DNA of 60,989 nt, filler included, from Stramenopiles sp. TOSAG23-2 (taxonomy: Eukaryota), in assembly GCA_900128395.1 (NCBI GenBank). It is 4 parts of 4 records of this genome, joined end to end, with 100 filler letters (N's around TTAATTAATTAA, not from the genome) between each part and the next. Parts side by side here need not be neighbours in the genome. Positions count along the whole stretch, not along the records: positions 15,308 to 30,479 come from LT649722.1; positions 30,580 to 45,740 come from LT649723.1; 2 more parts are not named here. One strand, written 5' to 3'. Positions 21,277 through 32,012 of the stretch are shown piece after piece; the first letter of the stretch is position 1, and every line of letters starts with the position of its first letter. The position numbers and the translations under genes are program-made. The notes under the pieces were generated by a model that was not told the DNA's origin, ran no database searches, and worked only from the letters and a program-made list of their open reading frames with translations.

Positions 21277-23181
21277 CTACTCACGGCATTGCCAATAGAT
21301 CTTCTGTCTAAATTGAAATGGGCGTAATAAACGATGTTGTACTAATGTTTCAAGCAACAATTCCACCATAGGACGTTTTAAATGTGGTACATGTTTTAAT
21401 ATTTGTTCCAAGGACATGGCACCTGCGATACGATCAGTGGATGTTGTTTTCTTTTGATTACTAATACTTGCAAAGGAACTATATACTTCTGTAATACTAA
21501 TTGCACCTTTTCCAGTTTGAAAGGTAGATGGAAATAATGATAAATCAAAATCAGGTGCTGGTGTACCATCATCAATAGATTCTTCCAATGCTAATGCCAT
21601 TGCTTCAATATCTAAATCAGGTAATGGAGACGATTGAATACTACTTGTATTGCCATAATCATCGATATTAAAACTAGATAGGTTACTATCATCATTGTTA
21701 TTGGATGTATTATTATTATTATCTTGGTCTTGATTATTATTACTAATAATGTCATTACCAATACTAGTAATACTATTCCGTCGACTACTTGATTGTGAAC
21801 CTGTTGCTATTCGATGTGATAATGGAGTTCCAAAATTAAATGGTGATGCAGTGATATTCATACTATTATTCATATTCCTTATTGATGTCATCATTAATGA
21901 TGAAACATTGCTTGAATCGTTGTTATTATTATTATTATCATCAGTACTAGTATCAACAATATTACTTAGATTTAAATTAATACTAATATTCGACATATTA
22001 TTGCTACTACTACCAGTATTGTTATTGTCAATGGCATCATCTTCTTCATCTTCCTCCTCCTTGTTAGTATTACGACTATTTTTTTTACCAGCACCAGCAC
22101 TTGGTGACGATGCAATTAAATTATTATTATTAGACGTATCACTATCAATTGGTGTTGCAGAATATTTTCCTATTAATGGTGAATTCAATCCAGGTGTTTT
22201 TGGTGAATTTAATGATGATGTATTCAATGATGTATTATTATTGTTATTGTTTTTACGTATGGAAGACGGAGACGTTGATAATTGTTGTATTGCACTATTG
22301 TTTGTACGATTTGTTTCTGCGGAGGAAGAACTTTCCCATCTTCTATCATTTAATCCTTTTATCAATGGTGTTTTAATTGAACTTTGTAATTTTCGTATAG
22401 CACTCCAACGTGTTTCACTTTGATTGGAAGAACTTACTTCACTACCACCATGATGTGGCGTTGACATAATAATACTATTATTGTTTATTAAAATAGTTGT
22501 TTTTGTTTTAATACCACTTAAGGATGGTGTTGCATCGTCATCGTCGTCAGTCATCATGTTTGTATCTGTTATGTTGTTAGTTGTTTGTCCCGTGTTGTAT
22601 AGATAAATAAGAGAAAACTTACTTGATTTATGTTTAATAAGTGGTGTTTGCATCTTATTACTATCGATATTATTATTTGAACTATCACTCATCATAGAGT
22701 CATTATTATTATTGTTATTGCTACTACTATTTGATGAAGATTGACGATGACGTAAGAAATGTGTTGTTTTTGGTGGTGACATATTCATGGAAAAGTTCAA
22801 TCCAGCATTGGAAAATGTAGATGTATTTAAATCATCGTTCTCATTTCTTGGTGTTGTCTTCAATTTCTTTGCACTTGATTCATTATCCATGGATGTAGAA
22901 GAGGATGAACGTTTCTTATTATTATTATTACTACTTCCAGCACCATCATGGTCATCATCATTTTTTTTCAAATCACTTGTATCATTATTAAAACTATGAA
23001 AAAAACGTTTCCAAATTTTCAAACCACTATGTACATCATTTATGTTCTTACCAAACTCTTGTACTTTTGATAGTAATTCCATTGATGCTTCATGTGCTTC
23101 TGAGAAATTATCATCGATTTTTTGCAAGGTATTTGTAATTTTTTGATCCAATATATCTACTTCATCGTTAATGGTACTCAT
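21277..23181 (-). CDS. ASK1: DASH/Dam1 kinetochore complex subunit Ask1-like
   Basis: N-terminal LDQKITNTLQKIDDNFSEAH...WKRFF matches the Ask1 pattern (LEQEITLxLQEIDxNFS..FWKQFF); long S/T/N-rich disordered middle; ATG at 23181. Confidence 0.8.
   Translation of the reverse strand: MSTINDEVDILDQKITNTLQKIDDNFSEAHEASMELLSKVQEFGKNINDVHSGLKIWKRFFHSFNNDTSDLKKNDDDHDGAGSSNNNNKKRSSSSTSMDNESSAKKLKTTPRNENDDLNTSTFSNAGLNFSMNMSPPKTTHFLRHRQSSSNSSSNNNNNNDSMMSDSSNNNIDSNKMQTPLIKHKSSKFSLIYLYNTGQTTNNITDTNMMTDDDDDATPSLSGIKTKTTILINNNSIIMSTPHHGGSEVSSSNQSETRWSAIRKLQSSIKTPLIKGLNDRRWESSSSAETNRTNNSAIQQLSTSPSSIRKNNNNNNTSLNTSSLNSPKTPGLNSPLIGKYSATPIDSDTSNNNNLIASSPSAGAGKKNSRNTNKEEEDEEDDAIDNNNTGSSSNNMSNISINLNLSNIVDTSTDDNNNNNNDSSNVSSLMMTSIRNMNNSMNITASPFNFGTPLSHRIATGSQSSSRRNSITSIGNDIISNNNQDQDNNNNTSNNNDDSNLSSFNIDDYGNTSSIQSSPLPDLDIEAMALALEESIDDGTPAPDFDLSLFPSTFQTGKGAISITEVYSSFASISNQKKTTSTDRIAGAMSLEQILKHVPHLKRPMVELLLETLVQHRLLRPFQFRQKIYWQCRE
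22566..22622 (-). other. Probable 57-nt in-frame spliceosomal intron in Ask1
   Basis: Minus strand reads GTAAGT...ACTAAC...ACAG; 57 nt, no stop codon. Confidence 0.7.
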
Positions 23182-23493
23182 GTTTGAACAAAACAAAAAA
23201 AAATTCAAATATATTTTTTAATTTTTTAAAAAAATTGAGGTGAAATTAAAATGTTGAATTACAAAAAAAAAAATATGTATCGAAAAACTTTTTATAAAAT
23301 ATGTTTCAATGCTTGTGGTGGTTATTATATATTTAAATTAGATACGTATACCTTGTAACTCGATGTATTATATTATATATATATATATACAAATCGAAAA
23401 AACATTTTGTGATACACACATACTATATATATATATAGGTATATATATTTTGAATTTTTTATGATAAAATATGCATTTTGTTGACCCTTTTCG

Positions 23494-23762
23494 GTATTCT
23501 AATTTCCCTTTCAAGTATAATTATGTGTCATTCGATAGGAAAAATGAAGATTTTAAGTATTTTTTTGTGTTTTAAGTATTTTAGTAGTTTTTGTTTTTTA
23601 CAGTATTCTAATTTCCACTTCCAAGTATAATTTATGTGTCATTCGATAGGGTAAAATGAGATTTTTTATTTTTTTTAAGTGTTTTAAGTATTTTGTGCGT
23701 TTTTGTTTTTTATAGTATTCTAATTTCCACTTTCAAGTATAATTTATGTGTCATTCGATAGC
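23494..23762. repeat. ~110-bp tandem repeat, ~2.5 copies, in a divergent intergenic region
   Basis: Core gtattctaatttcc(a)ctt(t/c)caagtataatt(t)atgtgtcattcgatag at ~23494, ~23603, ~23715; the T-rich linkers are similar to each other. Confidence 0.9.
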
Positions 23763-24086
23763 TGGATAGCGTGGAAATCGATCGTGTGTCCAATCTTCTT
23801 CTAATTTTGCACATTTCAACCAAATATATATATATATATATAAAAAGATAGAACAAATATAAGAAAATCAAAGATCACTTCTTTGCATCAATTTTTACCC
23901 GTCATTCATTAAACACGGCCATAAATTCTGTGTAGGAAAAGCGTTCATACCATATACACGTGTATGTTTTATTTAAAAAAAAAATTTTTATCATTTTTAA
24001 AAATTTTAATTAATTAATTAAATTCCTAAAAAAAAAAAAAACTCAATAAAATAATTCAACCCCAATTATATACACCAAAAAAAAAC

Positions 24087-24799
24087 ATGTCACGCGCCAT
24101 TTTAAACATATTAAAACGAAATACTACTGCTAATACATCCCCATCCTCCTCCAATATATGGAATGTCAATACAACCGAACCTGGGCCATTAAAAAATGTA
24201 CGTGTAGTTGATGTATGTGAAGTTATATCTGGTCCATATACATCTGGTTTACTAGCTGATTTAGGTGCAGATGTTATTAAAATTGAAAAAACAAATGGAG
24301 TTGGTGATTCCTTCCGACTTTCACAACCGCGTGGTCCAAAAGTCAATGATGAAAGTTCACCACATCATAATGAAACCATTGGTATGGCATTTGCAATCGC
24401 AAATCGTGGAAAACGTTCAATAGCATTGAATTTACAAGAGAAAAAAGGTATAGACATATTAAAACAAATTGTAAAAGATGCAGACGTCTTTGTACAAAAT
24501 TGGAGACCAGGTGTAGCTGGACGTCTTGGTGTTAACTATGATGAATTAAAAAAAATCAATCCAAAATTAATTTATCTATCAATATCTGGATATGGTCAAA
24601 CTGGTCCATATGTTAAAAAGAAAGTATATGATTCCGTGATACAAGCACAAATTGGCATGGCAAATATTAATGGGACTGGTAATGGACAAAATGAACCACG
24701 TGCACCACAATTATTACCAAATGCCGTGATCGATAAAACTACATCACATACTGCAGTACATGCAATCCTTGCAGCTTTATACGCACGGGATGCATCAGG

Positions 24800-24838
<39 letters not shown>

Positions 24839-25493
24839 TGCATCCAATGAAGGTCAACATATTGAATTATCCATGATGGATGCTGGTTTATCCTATATAT
24901 ATCCAGATTCATATTCAAAATATTGGACGGATGAAAATATATCCCATGAAAGTAATATTGCAATGGTCTTTGATATTTGGGAAATGATTGATGGTGCAGC
25001 AACTGTAGTTGCATTATGGGGAGAACCTGAATTCGATCGTTTAATAACAAAGTTTCCATATTTACAAGAGATTAAAGATAATCCAAAATTTAGTGATAGA
25101 CGTAAACGTTTAAGTAATAAACCAGAATTTACAAAAGAATGGAATCGTATTGCAGTTCATGAAAATAAAATTAATGTGGAAGATTTTTTAAATGCATGCG
25201 AAGAATTATCCATACCAGCTGGTAAAGTAAGTGGACCACAAGATATCTTTGATGATCCACAAATGAAACATATGAATAGTTTAGTGAAATCACAAAACAA
25301 TTTATATGGTGAAACAATTCAACCACGTCCACCATATATCTTTTCGAAAACGAAATTATCGAAAAAAATCAAATCAACACCAATGTATGGAGAACATAGT
25401 ATTGAAATATTGGAACGTTTAGGATATAGCCCATCTGAAATTGAAATGTTAAAACGGGATAAAGTATTTGCAAAAGGTATACCAAAAGATTAG
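24087..25493 (+). CDS. CoA-transferase family III (CaiB/BaiF), possibly mitochondrial
   Basis: GPLKNVRVVD..ISGP..LADLGADVIKIE, NRGKRSIALNL, ADVFVQNWRPG, SISGYGQTGPY, catalytic Asp in YDSVIQA, GQHIELSM; basic N-terminal presequence-like segment. Confidence 0.93.
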
Positions 25494-26281
25494 TTTTTTA
25501 CATACATTGGATGTTAGTGCCTTGCGTCCAGCAAAGAAGAAGTAGTGTAGAAATATTTTTGTAGTAATTAAATGTTTTATCCACAAGGGATGATGTTGCA
25601 AAGAGAGCTAGACGTCTCAGATGTTTAATTAGTGTCGTTCACACAGGTGGACATGTGTGAGAAAGAGTGTTATTAAAACATATTATGACTTTCGTAGAAT
25701 TTTTACACCACACCATCTCGTAAATGTGTTGAACGTTTTTCGTCTCGGTTCGGCAGAAATATTAAAAATTCATACTTTTCTAAATTCACTGAAATATCGA
25801 GAGTGCACTAAAAAATGTCACTCCTCCATAAATCTGACATCAAAACTTCATTACAGACGCTTTTGTCAAACCGGAAACACATCGAGACGTATAATATATT
25901 TATAATCCAAGATCATTTCAAAACAGGAGACATTCCTCAGGACGAGACGTTTCTTAATTTGCCTCTTCTTTCACTAGTGTTCGGCACACATACCTTTTTT
26001 TTTCACGTTTTTTCACCATTTTTTCCCTTCAAAAGGGGTTTTTTTTTTATTGAAATTTGTTGATTTTTTAGCTAGCCGTTGGTAAACATATACATATATA
26101 TTATATATACATATATATACACACACACATGACATACACATGACATAGAAAATATACAAACCAATCATAAACATATAGACAATAAAAAAAAAACAAGAAC
26201 AGAACAAGTCAAACTGTAGACAAACATAATTTTCTTTTACATATACATATATACATACATTCTCTTCATAATATATATAAA

Positions 26282-26701
26282 TTATACAATAAATATTATA
26301 TATATTACATATGTCACATCGTTCATCACCGAAACGTAAAATACATCCAAATCCACTTGGTGGTGCAGTATGGATTGCAGAGAAAGGGCGACTAGATAAT
26401 AATAATTAGCACTTTCTAATGCTTCTTTTAAATATGTAATATTTTCATGTTTCACGATTTGCAATGCTTCTGCTTCCCATTTCACTTCCACTAATTCTTC
26501 TGGTGAACATTTGCTCTTATCAATGATTTTCACGGCCCATATTTTGTCCTCTTTATCCGTTGCTTCAAAGACAGTAGCATAACTACCTTCTCCTAATTTT
26601 TTCCCTAATTTATATTTTGAAACTAATACATTATCTGAACGAAATGGTTCAGTGCCACCTGAATCATTTCCAACTTTACTTGATGATGATCCACAACCCA
26701 T
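26282..26701 (-). pseudogene. Truncated CAMK-group protein kinase (N-lobe only) with MGCG acylation motif
   Basis: YKLGKKLGEGSYATV, WAVKIIDK, alphaC Glu, HENITYL..YYYLV, then similarity stops; no HRD/DFG found downstream. Confidence 0.7.
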
Positions 26702-27907
26702 TGTTTTATATTATATATCGTCGTGTGTTGTTTTTGTTGTTGGTGTGGTATGATGGCTTTGTGTCGTCGTGTATTGGGAAGTATTATATATAGAAATGTG
26801 TGTGTGTGTGTCCAAAAAAATAATAAAAAAATATTATATTTGAAATCTCGAAATGAATATATATATAGTATCTGTCAAAACTATTATAGCTTACAACTAT
26901 ATCGTGGGATTTTTTAAATACTAAACAAGTTTATGATATGGATTGTTTGATTAAAGAAAGGATGTTTTGTTTTGCATTCAACGATCTGCATTGCATCTCT
27001 CTCACACACACATTCTATGTATTTTTATGTATAAAATATGTCCATCAAAATGGCTTTCAGGTGATGGAGTTTGTAAAAAAATAACACTACACACTATGGG
27101 AAACATATTTTTTGATGAGTTTATTTACGAATTTTGGCAGTTTCTCGTTTCGTTTTACCTTTTGGTTGAGTTTACGAAGACACAGCATTACAGTTACTTT
27201 TTACATGGACACAGCATTATCAGTATATAACCCTACTATGTAACATGAGATTACACCAACTTTTTTTCACAAACAAACATTTTCGATATTTTCATAAACA
27301 CAGCATTGATTTATATATAGACTCGATAGCTCGATAGCTCGATAGTGGATAGTGGTCTCTATATGTCTCTATTAGTAAAAGTAATAAGTACCCATTTTGC
27401 CAATTTGTTTTTACAAGATGACAGTGTTTTTATTTTACAGCCTTTCTGGCTTTCTTGTAAAAGTTTGCATGTAAGGAAATAACACTATTTATAATGGAAG
27501 AAAGGAAGAGAGTATTTGGATAATATTAATAGATGTGAGGCAAGGTGCGATCTTATAGTTTCAATAGTATTAGTAAATATCCGATTTGGTGATATTTATA
27601 GTGTGTTAAAATTAGTATGTAATAGAATGAAATATAATGATCTTTGTAAAGATGTTTATTCTTCTATTTATGCAAAAAAGGAAAAAGCGACCTCAATTTT
27701 AATTATGATATCTTCCTTTATTTTCATTAGCAGTAGTTGGCTGGTTGGTGCGTTGATTCAAGCGCTCAACATTTTTTATAATAATATTAATATATATTAT
27801 TACTGTACGTATACCTGGTATAGCATATACCTACACAGCCTAAACAGGTATAATACAAGCAAACACGTACAAAAAAACAAAACGAAAACGAACCTAAAAC
27901 AGATACT

Positions 27908-29971
27908 ATGGCGCGGACAAAGCAAACTGCAAGACGTTCTACTGGTGGGAGATGCCCAAAATATCTTTTACCAACTAGAACAACACCAATACAATCAGTA
28001 TCAAGTGAGGAGGTCATTCAGGTGCGTGAGCTATTTGTCGCCAATATACAGGAACTACGAAGTATGTATCATCATACGTTTGAAAAATTATGCGGGAAAG
28101 TGTTTCAAACACAATATGGGGGAAACATAAAGGTATCAAATGTTGGAGCTGACAATGGGGTAGATGTTATCTTACAGAAAGAAGATTTGATTAATGGCTA
28201 TACAAAGCTAGTTATACAGTGCAAGCGATATGCTAAAGGAAATAATATTAGCATTAGTGCACTTGATAGGCATATGCAAGTGATTAGAAACGAAGGAGGG
28301 ACCAAAGGTTTTTTTGTCACTACCTCTGATTATGCAAAGGGGGAAGCACAGAAAAAAATTAGAGACTACAGACACAAAATGACATGCTGGAATGGAGAGC
28401 AATTTTTTCATATATTATCTTCTCAACAATGGTGGAAAAATGAAAACAATCGCCGTCGGAATCTTGCAGGTAGTAGTAGTAGTAGCAGTAGCAGTAGTAA
28501 TTCAAATATAAATCGTTTGAACCAATTACAGGCGAAGCTTGCCACGGTACAAACTGCCCCCCCAAACGAAAAGAAGCGCAGGAAGCGCAAACGTGAAATC
28601 GAGATAGACAAGCTCAACACTGAAATAAGTCAAGTAAAGAAACGAATTCGTATCAACAACGAAAAAGATGCTGAAATAGAGAGAAAACGTAGAGAAGCAA
28701 TACGTAAACAAGCTGAAATTGACAAAATGAACAATATATTATCAAACGAAGATACATCTGCCATTAACGATAGAGTATTAGAACAAATGAAAGATGTTTT
28801 ATCAGAAATACATAACAATTGTATTGATTTCAGCCGTAAAGACTTGGGCAATGGTGGTGTAGAAATATTAATTAAACTTTTAAAGGGTTTAAATATACCA
28901 ATTAGAAAACTAACTTTAGTTGGTAATTCTATAAACGATGAGCCAGGATTTCTTGAAATTGCAGATTTCATTAGTGAATGTACAACTATTACAGAATTGG
29001 TTTTAAATAATAATACTATATCAGATAGCTATGACATATTTATCGAGATGTTGGAGGAAAATACTTCGTTGGAATATGTTAACATGGGAAAAAGTTGGTT
29101 TGATGAATTTACAGATAAAATTATTCAAGATAATGATTGTAAACTTTTCATGAGAGAACACATGTTAAAACATAAATATGGTGTTAATTACAATTTACAA
29201 TTAATTTGTAAAAAAGGTAACTTAAATGATGTCAAATTTATAATAGAAACATTAGATGATTATAATGTGAATGATACTGACGATGATGGAAATACTGGAT
29301 TGTATTATGCTGCATACAATCAACATGAAGATGTTGTAAGATATTTACTGTCGAAAGGTGGTCAACAGAGTGATGTTGATAATGGAAAAAGTCGGAAAAA
29401 AGAAGAAGAAGAGGAGATAATTAGTTCAATAAGGGAATTAAGGAATAAATATTATGCAGAATTTCCACGCGGTACGCCAATAGTATGTGCATGTGAAAAA
29501 GGACGTTTTGAGGATGTGAAATTATTGATTACAGGCTATAATGATGTGAATGGTAGTAATGGTAATAATAATAATAATATGACATTGAAAGAATACGTGA
29601 ATCAAGTCGGTAAAGATAGTGAAGGTATTGAATGGACACCTTTAATGGCAGCTGCATGGGAAGAACAGTTCCAAATAGTTAAATATTTGATTGAACAATG
29701 TGAAGCTGATCCTAATATTGCAGATAGTGATGGATCGAATGCATTACATTCTGCAGCAGGTAATAACAAAAAGGATACGAAGTTGATTGAGTTATTATTA
29801 ACTAATATGCCTCTTACTAGCATTAATAAGAAGGGCGGGTTCGGGCAAACTCCCCTGGACTGGGCATATCTTAATAATAGTCCAATTCAACAAAAGATCA
29901 TTGATCTTATACGTTCAAAAGGTGGAAAACGTGAAGAGAAGATAGAGAGTAGTGAAGATGATGATTATTAA
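27908..29971 (+). CDS. Histone H3-tail mimic + Mrr-like restriction endonuclease + NLS/coiled coil + LRR + ankyrin-repeat protein
   Basis: MARTKQTARRSTGGRCPK; FEKLC..GADNGVDVI..VIQCKRY..GFFVTTSDY..WNGEQF (Mrr_cat); KKRRKRKR; LxxLxLxxNxI repeats; ankyrin repeats GNTGLYYAA, TPIVCAC, TPLMAAA, NALHSAA, TPLDWA. Confidence 0.88.
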   Translation: MARTKQTARRSTGGRCPKYLLPTRTTPIQSVSSEEVIQVRELFVANIQELRSMYHHTFEKLCGKVFQTQYGGNIKVSNVGADNGVDVILQKEDLINGYTKLVIQCKRYAKGNNISISALDRHMQVIRNEGGTKGFFVTTSDYAKGEAQKKIRDYRHKMTCWNGEQFFHILSSQQWWKNENNRRRNLAGSSSSSSSSSNSNINRLNQLQAKLATVQTAPPNEKKRRKRKREIEIDKLNTEISQVKKRIRINNEKDAEIERKRREAIRKQAEIDKMNNILSNEDTSAINDRVLEQMKDVLSEIHNNCIDFSRKDLGNGGVEILIKLLKGLNIPIRKLTLVGNSINDEPGFLEIADFISECTTITELVLNNNTISDSYDIFIEMLEENTSLEYVNMGKSWFDEFTDKIIQDNDCKLFMREHMLKHKYGVNYNLQLICKKGNLNDVKFIIETLDDYNVNDTDDDGNTGLYYAAYNQHEDVVRYLLSKGGQQSDVDNGKSRKKEEEEEIISSIRELRNKYYAEFPRGTPIVCACEKGRFEDVKLLITGYNDVNGSNGNNNNNMTLKEYVNQVGKDSEGIEWTPLMAAAWEEQFQIVKYLIEQCEADPNIADSDGSNALHSAAGNNKKDTKLIELLLTNMPLTSINKKGGFGQTPLDWAYLNNSPIQQKIIDLIRSKGGKREEKIESSEDDDY

Positions 29972-30415
29972 AATATATTAAACTGTAATAGTATGTACCT
30001 GCTATTTTTTTACAAAGTTAATGAATGAATAATTGATGAAAGAGGTGTAATTTCATAGAAAGAAGAAACTCTCCATTTACATTTAAAAGAAAATATATTT
30101 ATTATCATATACGCGATCGTGTACAACCAGAAGACAACGAGGAAAAACAATTTCCAGCTTTTATTATTTTTTTTTACTATTATATATATTTTTTATAATA
30201 ATTTATAATTTATAATTTTGCAAAATAAATTTAACATTTATTACGGGGATTTTATTATAAAGCAATTATTATTATTCGAAAACATTATAATAATAATAAT
30301 TGGTAACAAGTGTTTATAAGTTTTGATAATATATATATATATATATCCAAAGAACAAATTACAACAAATTACAACAAGAAAAAACATATATCAAAAAATA
30401 CAAATCTTAGTGACG

Positions 30416-30479
30416 ATGTCAAGGAAATCTTACCGTGAAGATGATTTATTTACAAAGTTACCCACAACTACGATTACAG
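30416..30479 (+). CDS. Possible 5' end of a gene cut by the contig end (MSRKSYREDDLFTKLPTT...)
   Basis: ATG after an A-rich leader; frame open to the gap. Confidence 0.35.
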
Positions 30480-30579
30480 NNNNNNNNNNNNNNNNNNNNN
30501 NNNNNNNNNNNNNNNNNNNNNNNTTAATTAATTAANNNNNNNNNNNNNNNNNNNNNNNNNNNNNNNNNNNNNNNNNNNN
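30480..30579. other. Artificial contig linker
   Basis: N-TTAATTAATTAA-N, 100 nt. Confidence 0.98.
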
Positions 30580-31110
30580 GGATGGGCTTGACCTATATTT
30601 TTTTGTATTGAGGTCATATCTTTATATATTTAGAAGAGCAGGTACAAACGTTTATGCAGACTGTAATGACAGAGTTGGTCGATCATTAAGAAAGTTGTTT
30701 GCATTACATCGGTTTTCAAAACGTGAAAGTTCTTTGTGTTTTTAAAATAATATAGTGTACTAACTAATTTTTGTAATTCAGTAGTAGTGTTTGTTCTTTA
30801 AACCCTAAAACCCTTGGATTACTGTTATTGGAATTTGGAAATTTTCAATTCATATTCAATATATAATATAAGGTATTTATTAGCATATACTCATCAGAAT
30901 AAACAAAAAGTAACACTCTATCCAGGCCCAGCAGGCTATCTGGCTATATATCTCGCACACATTTTGGCATTTTGGTGCCCACTTAAACAAAATACTAAAC
31001 GTTTTTGGTGGTGGTGTGGTGGTACATACATTTTTGTGCATTGTAAATATATATGATGTATATTTCAGATATATCTTGCAACAACTACTAGTCTATATAT
31101 CTTATTATCC

Positions 31111-31287
31111 TCAGACAAGATTTAATAATATTATTGAATTATCATAAAGTTTTTGTAAATTGTGTAACAAATTCATTTCTTCCTTGTCATCGTCATCATT
31201 AATAGGCATACTTAGCAGGACATCAAATTTTTCATTTGCCTCTTGAAATTCATTTTCAAGTCCAGCGAAGGTGTCATTCATGTTCAT
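31111..31287 (-). CDS. Small acidic ORF or gene fragment (58 aa)
   Basis: Read manually: MNMNDTFAGLENEFQEANEKFDVLLSMPINDDDDKEEMNLLHNLQKLYDNSIILLNLV*; not in the supplied ORF track. Confidence 0.4.
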   Translation of the reverse strand: MNMNDTFAGLENEFQEANEKFDVLLSMPINDDDDKEEMNLLHNLQKLYDNSIILLNLV

Positions 31288-31713
31288 ATGTTTTTAATAA
31301 TAAATTTTAGTAATAAAAATTTTATAAATAGAATAATTCTTCCACTCAATTTATTCTATATTCAATGTTTCTTATTTATCGTGTATGTATTATTTTAAAA
31401 TATATAAGTGCAGATGAGAAATACTATTAGTGATCGTGCAGTCGTCATCATTTTGTTCATCGTAATGCGCGTAGTATATATTTGGTGACTTTAATTCAAT
31501 TATAAAAGATAAAATCATTTAAATTTGGATTAATACATAAATAGAAATAAATTGCACAATTCAAATAATAAAATGTTAATGTGCACATCATCATAAAAAT
31601 TTATGTATTTTTAAGAAACGGGCAACAAAACCTTAAATTAGAAGATGGCCCACACAGCTGGCTATACTGGGAGCTACCAGCCCAGCCAGCTATGATACTT
31701 TTTATTTACTAGA

Positions 31714-31749
31714 TAGAGCTAGCCCAGCTAGCTAGCTGGGCTAGCTCTA
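31714..31749. repeat. Perfect 36-bp palindrome
   Basis: tagagctagcccagctag|ctagctgggctagctcta. Confidence 0.95.
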
Positions 31750-31818
31750 GTCACAACTAATAAGACTTACTCTGTTGTCTATTATACTACTTTCTATTTT
31801 CATTCTACTACCATTAAT

Positions 31819-32012
31819 TATACTCAGTAAATATAAGTTTATGAAATCACTCTCAATCATGCAAATGGGCCAATAATGCACCACAACGCTTGACAATATC
31901 TTCAAATGCATCATGTATACTCAGTAAATATAAGTTTATGAAATCACTCTCAATCATGCAAATGGGCCAATAATGCACCACAACGATTGACAATATCTTC
32001 AAATGCATCATG
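31819..32012. repeat. 97-bp tandem duplication spanning the stop codon of the SH3/GTPase gene
   Basis: Units 31819-31915 and 31916-32012, one mismatch. Confidence 0.93.

Noticed and set aside
23494-23762. CRISPR-like array (three ~46-bp repeats with ~65-bp spacers)
   Set aside because: The spacers resemble each other and are T-rich, there are no cas genes, and the context is eukaryotic; it is an ordinary tandem repeat
24087-25493. Bacterial contamination or recent HGT of the CoA-transferase
   Set aside because: It has a host-type poly-Asn insert, a presequence-like N-terminus and eukaryotic neighbours, and family III enzymes are common in eukaryotes
27908-28100. Histone H3 or CENP-A gene
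   Set aside because: Similarity ends after ~17 residues and no histone fold follows in the ORF
1671-29971. Functional cluster of the JmjC demethylase and the H3-tail-Mrr gene
   Set aside because: They lie on different contigs separated by an artificial linker
26900-30400. Transposon boundaries around the H3-Mrr gene
   Set aside because: No terminal inverted repeats, target-site duplication, transposase or reverse transcriptase could be seen by eye
30799-30815. Telomere-like AAACCCTAAAACCCT (also TTAGGG at 4-9)
   Set aside because: Only one or two units; not an array
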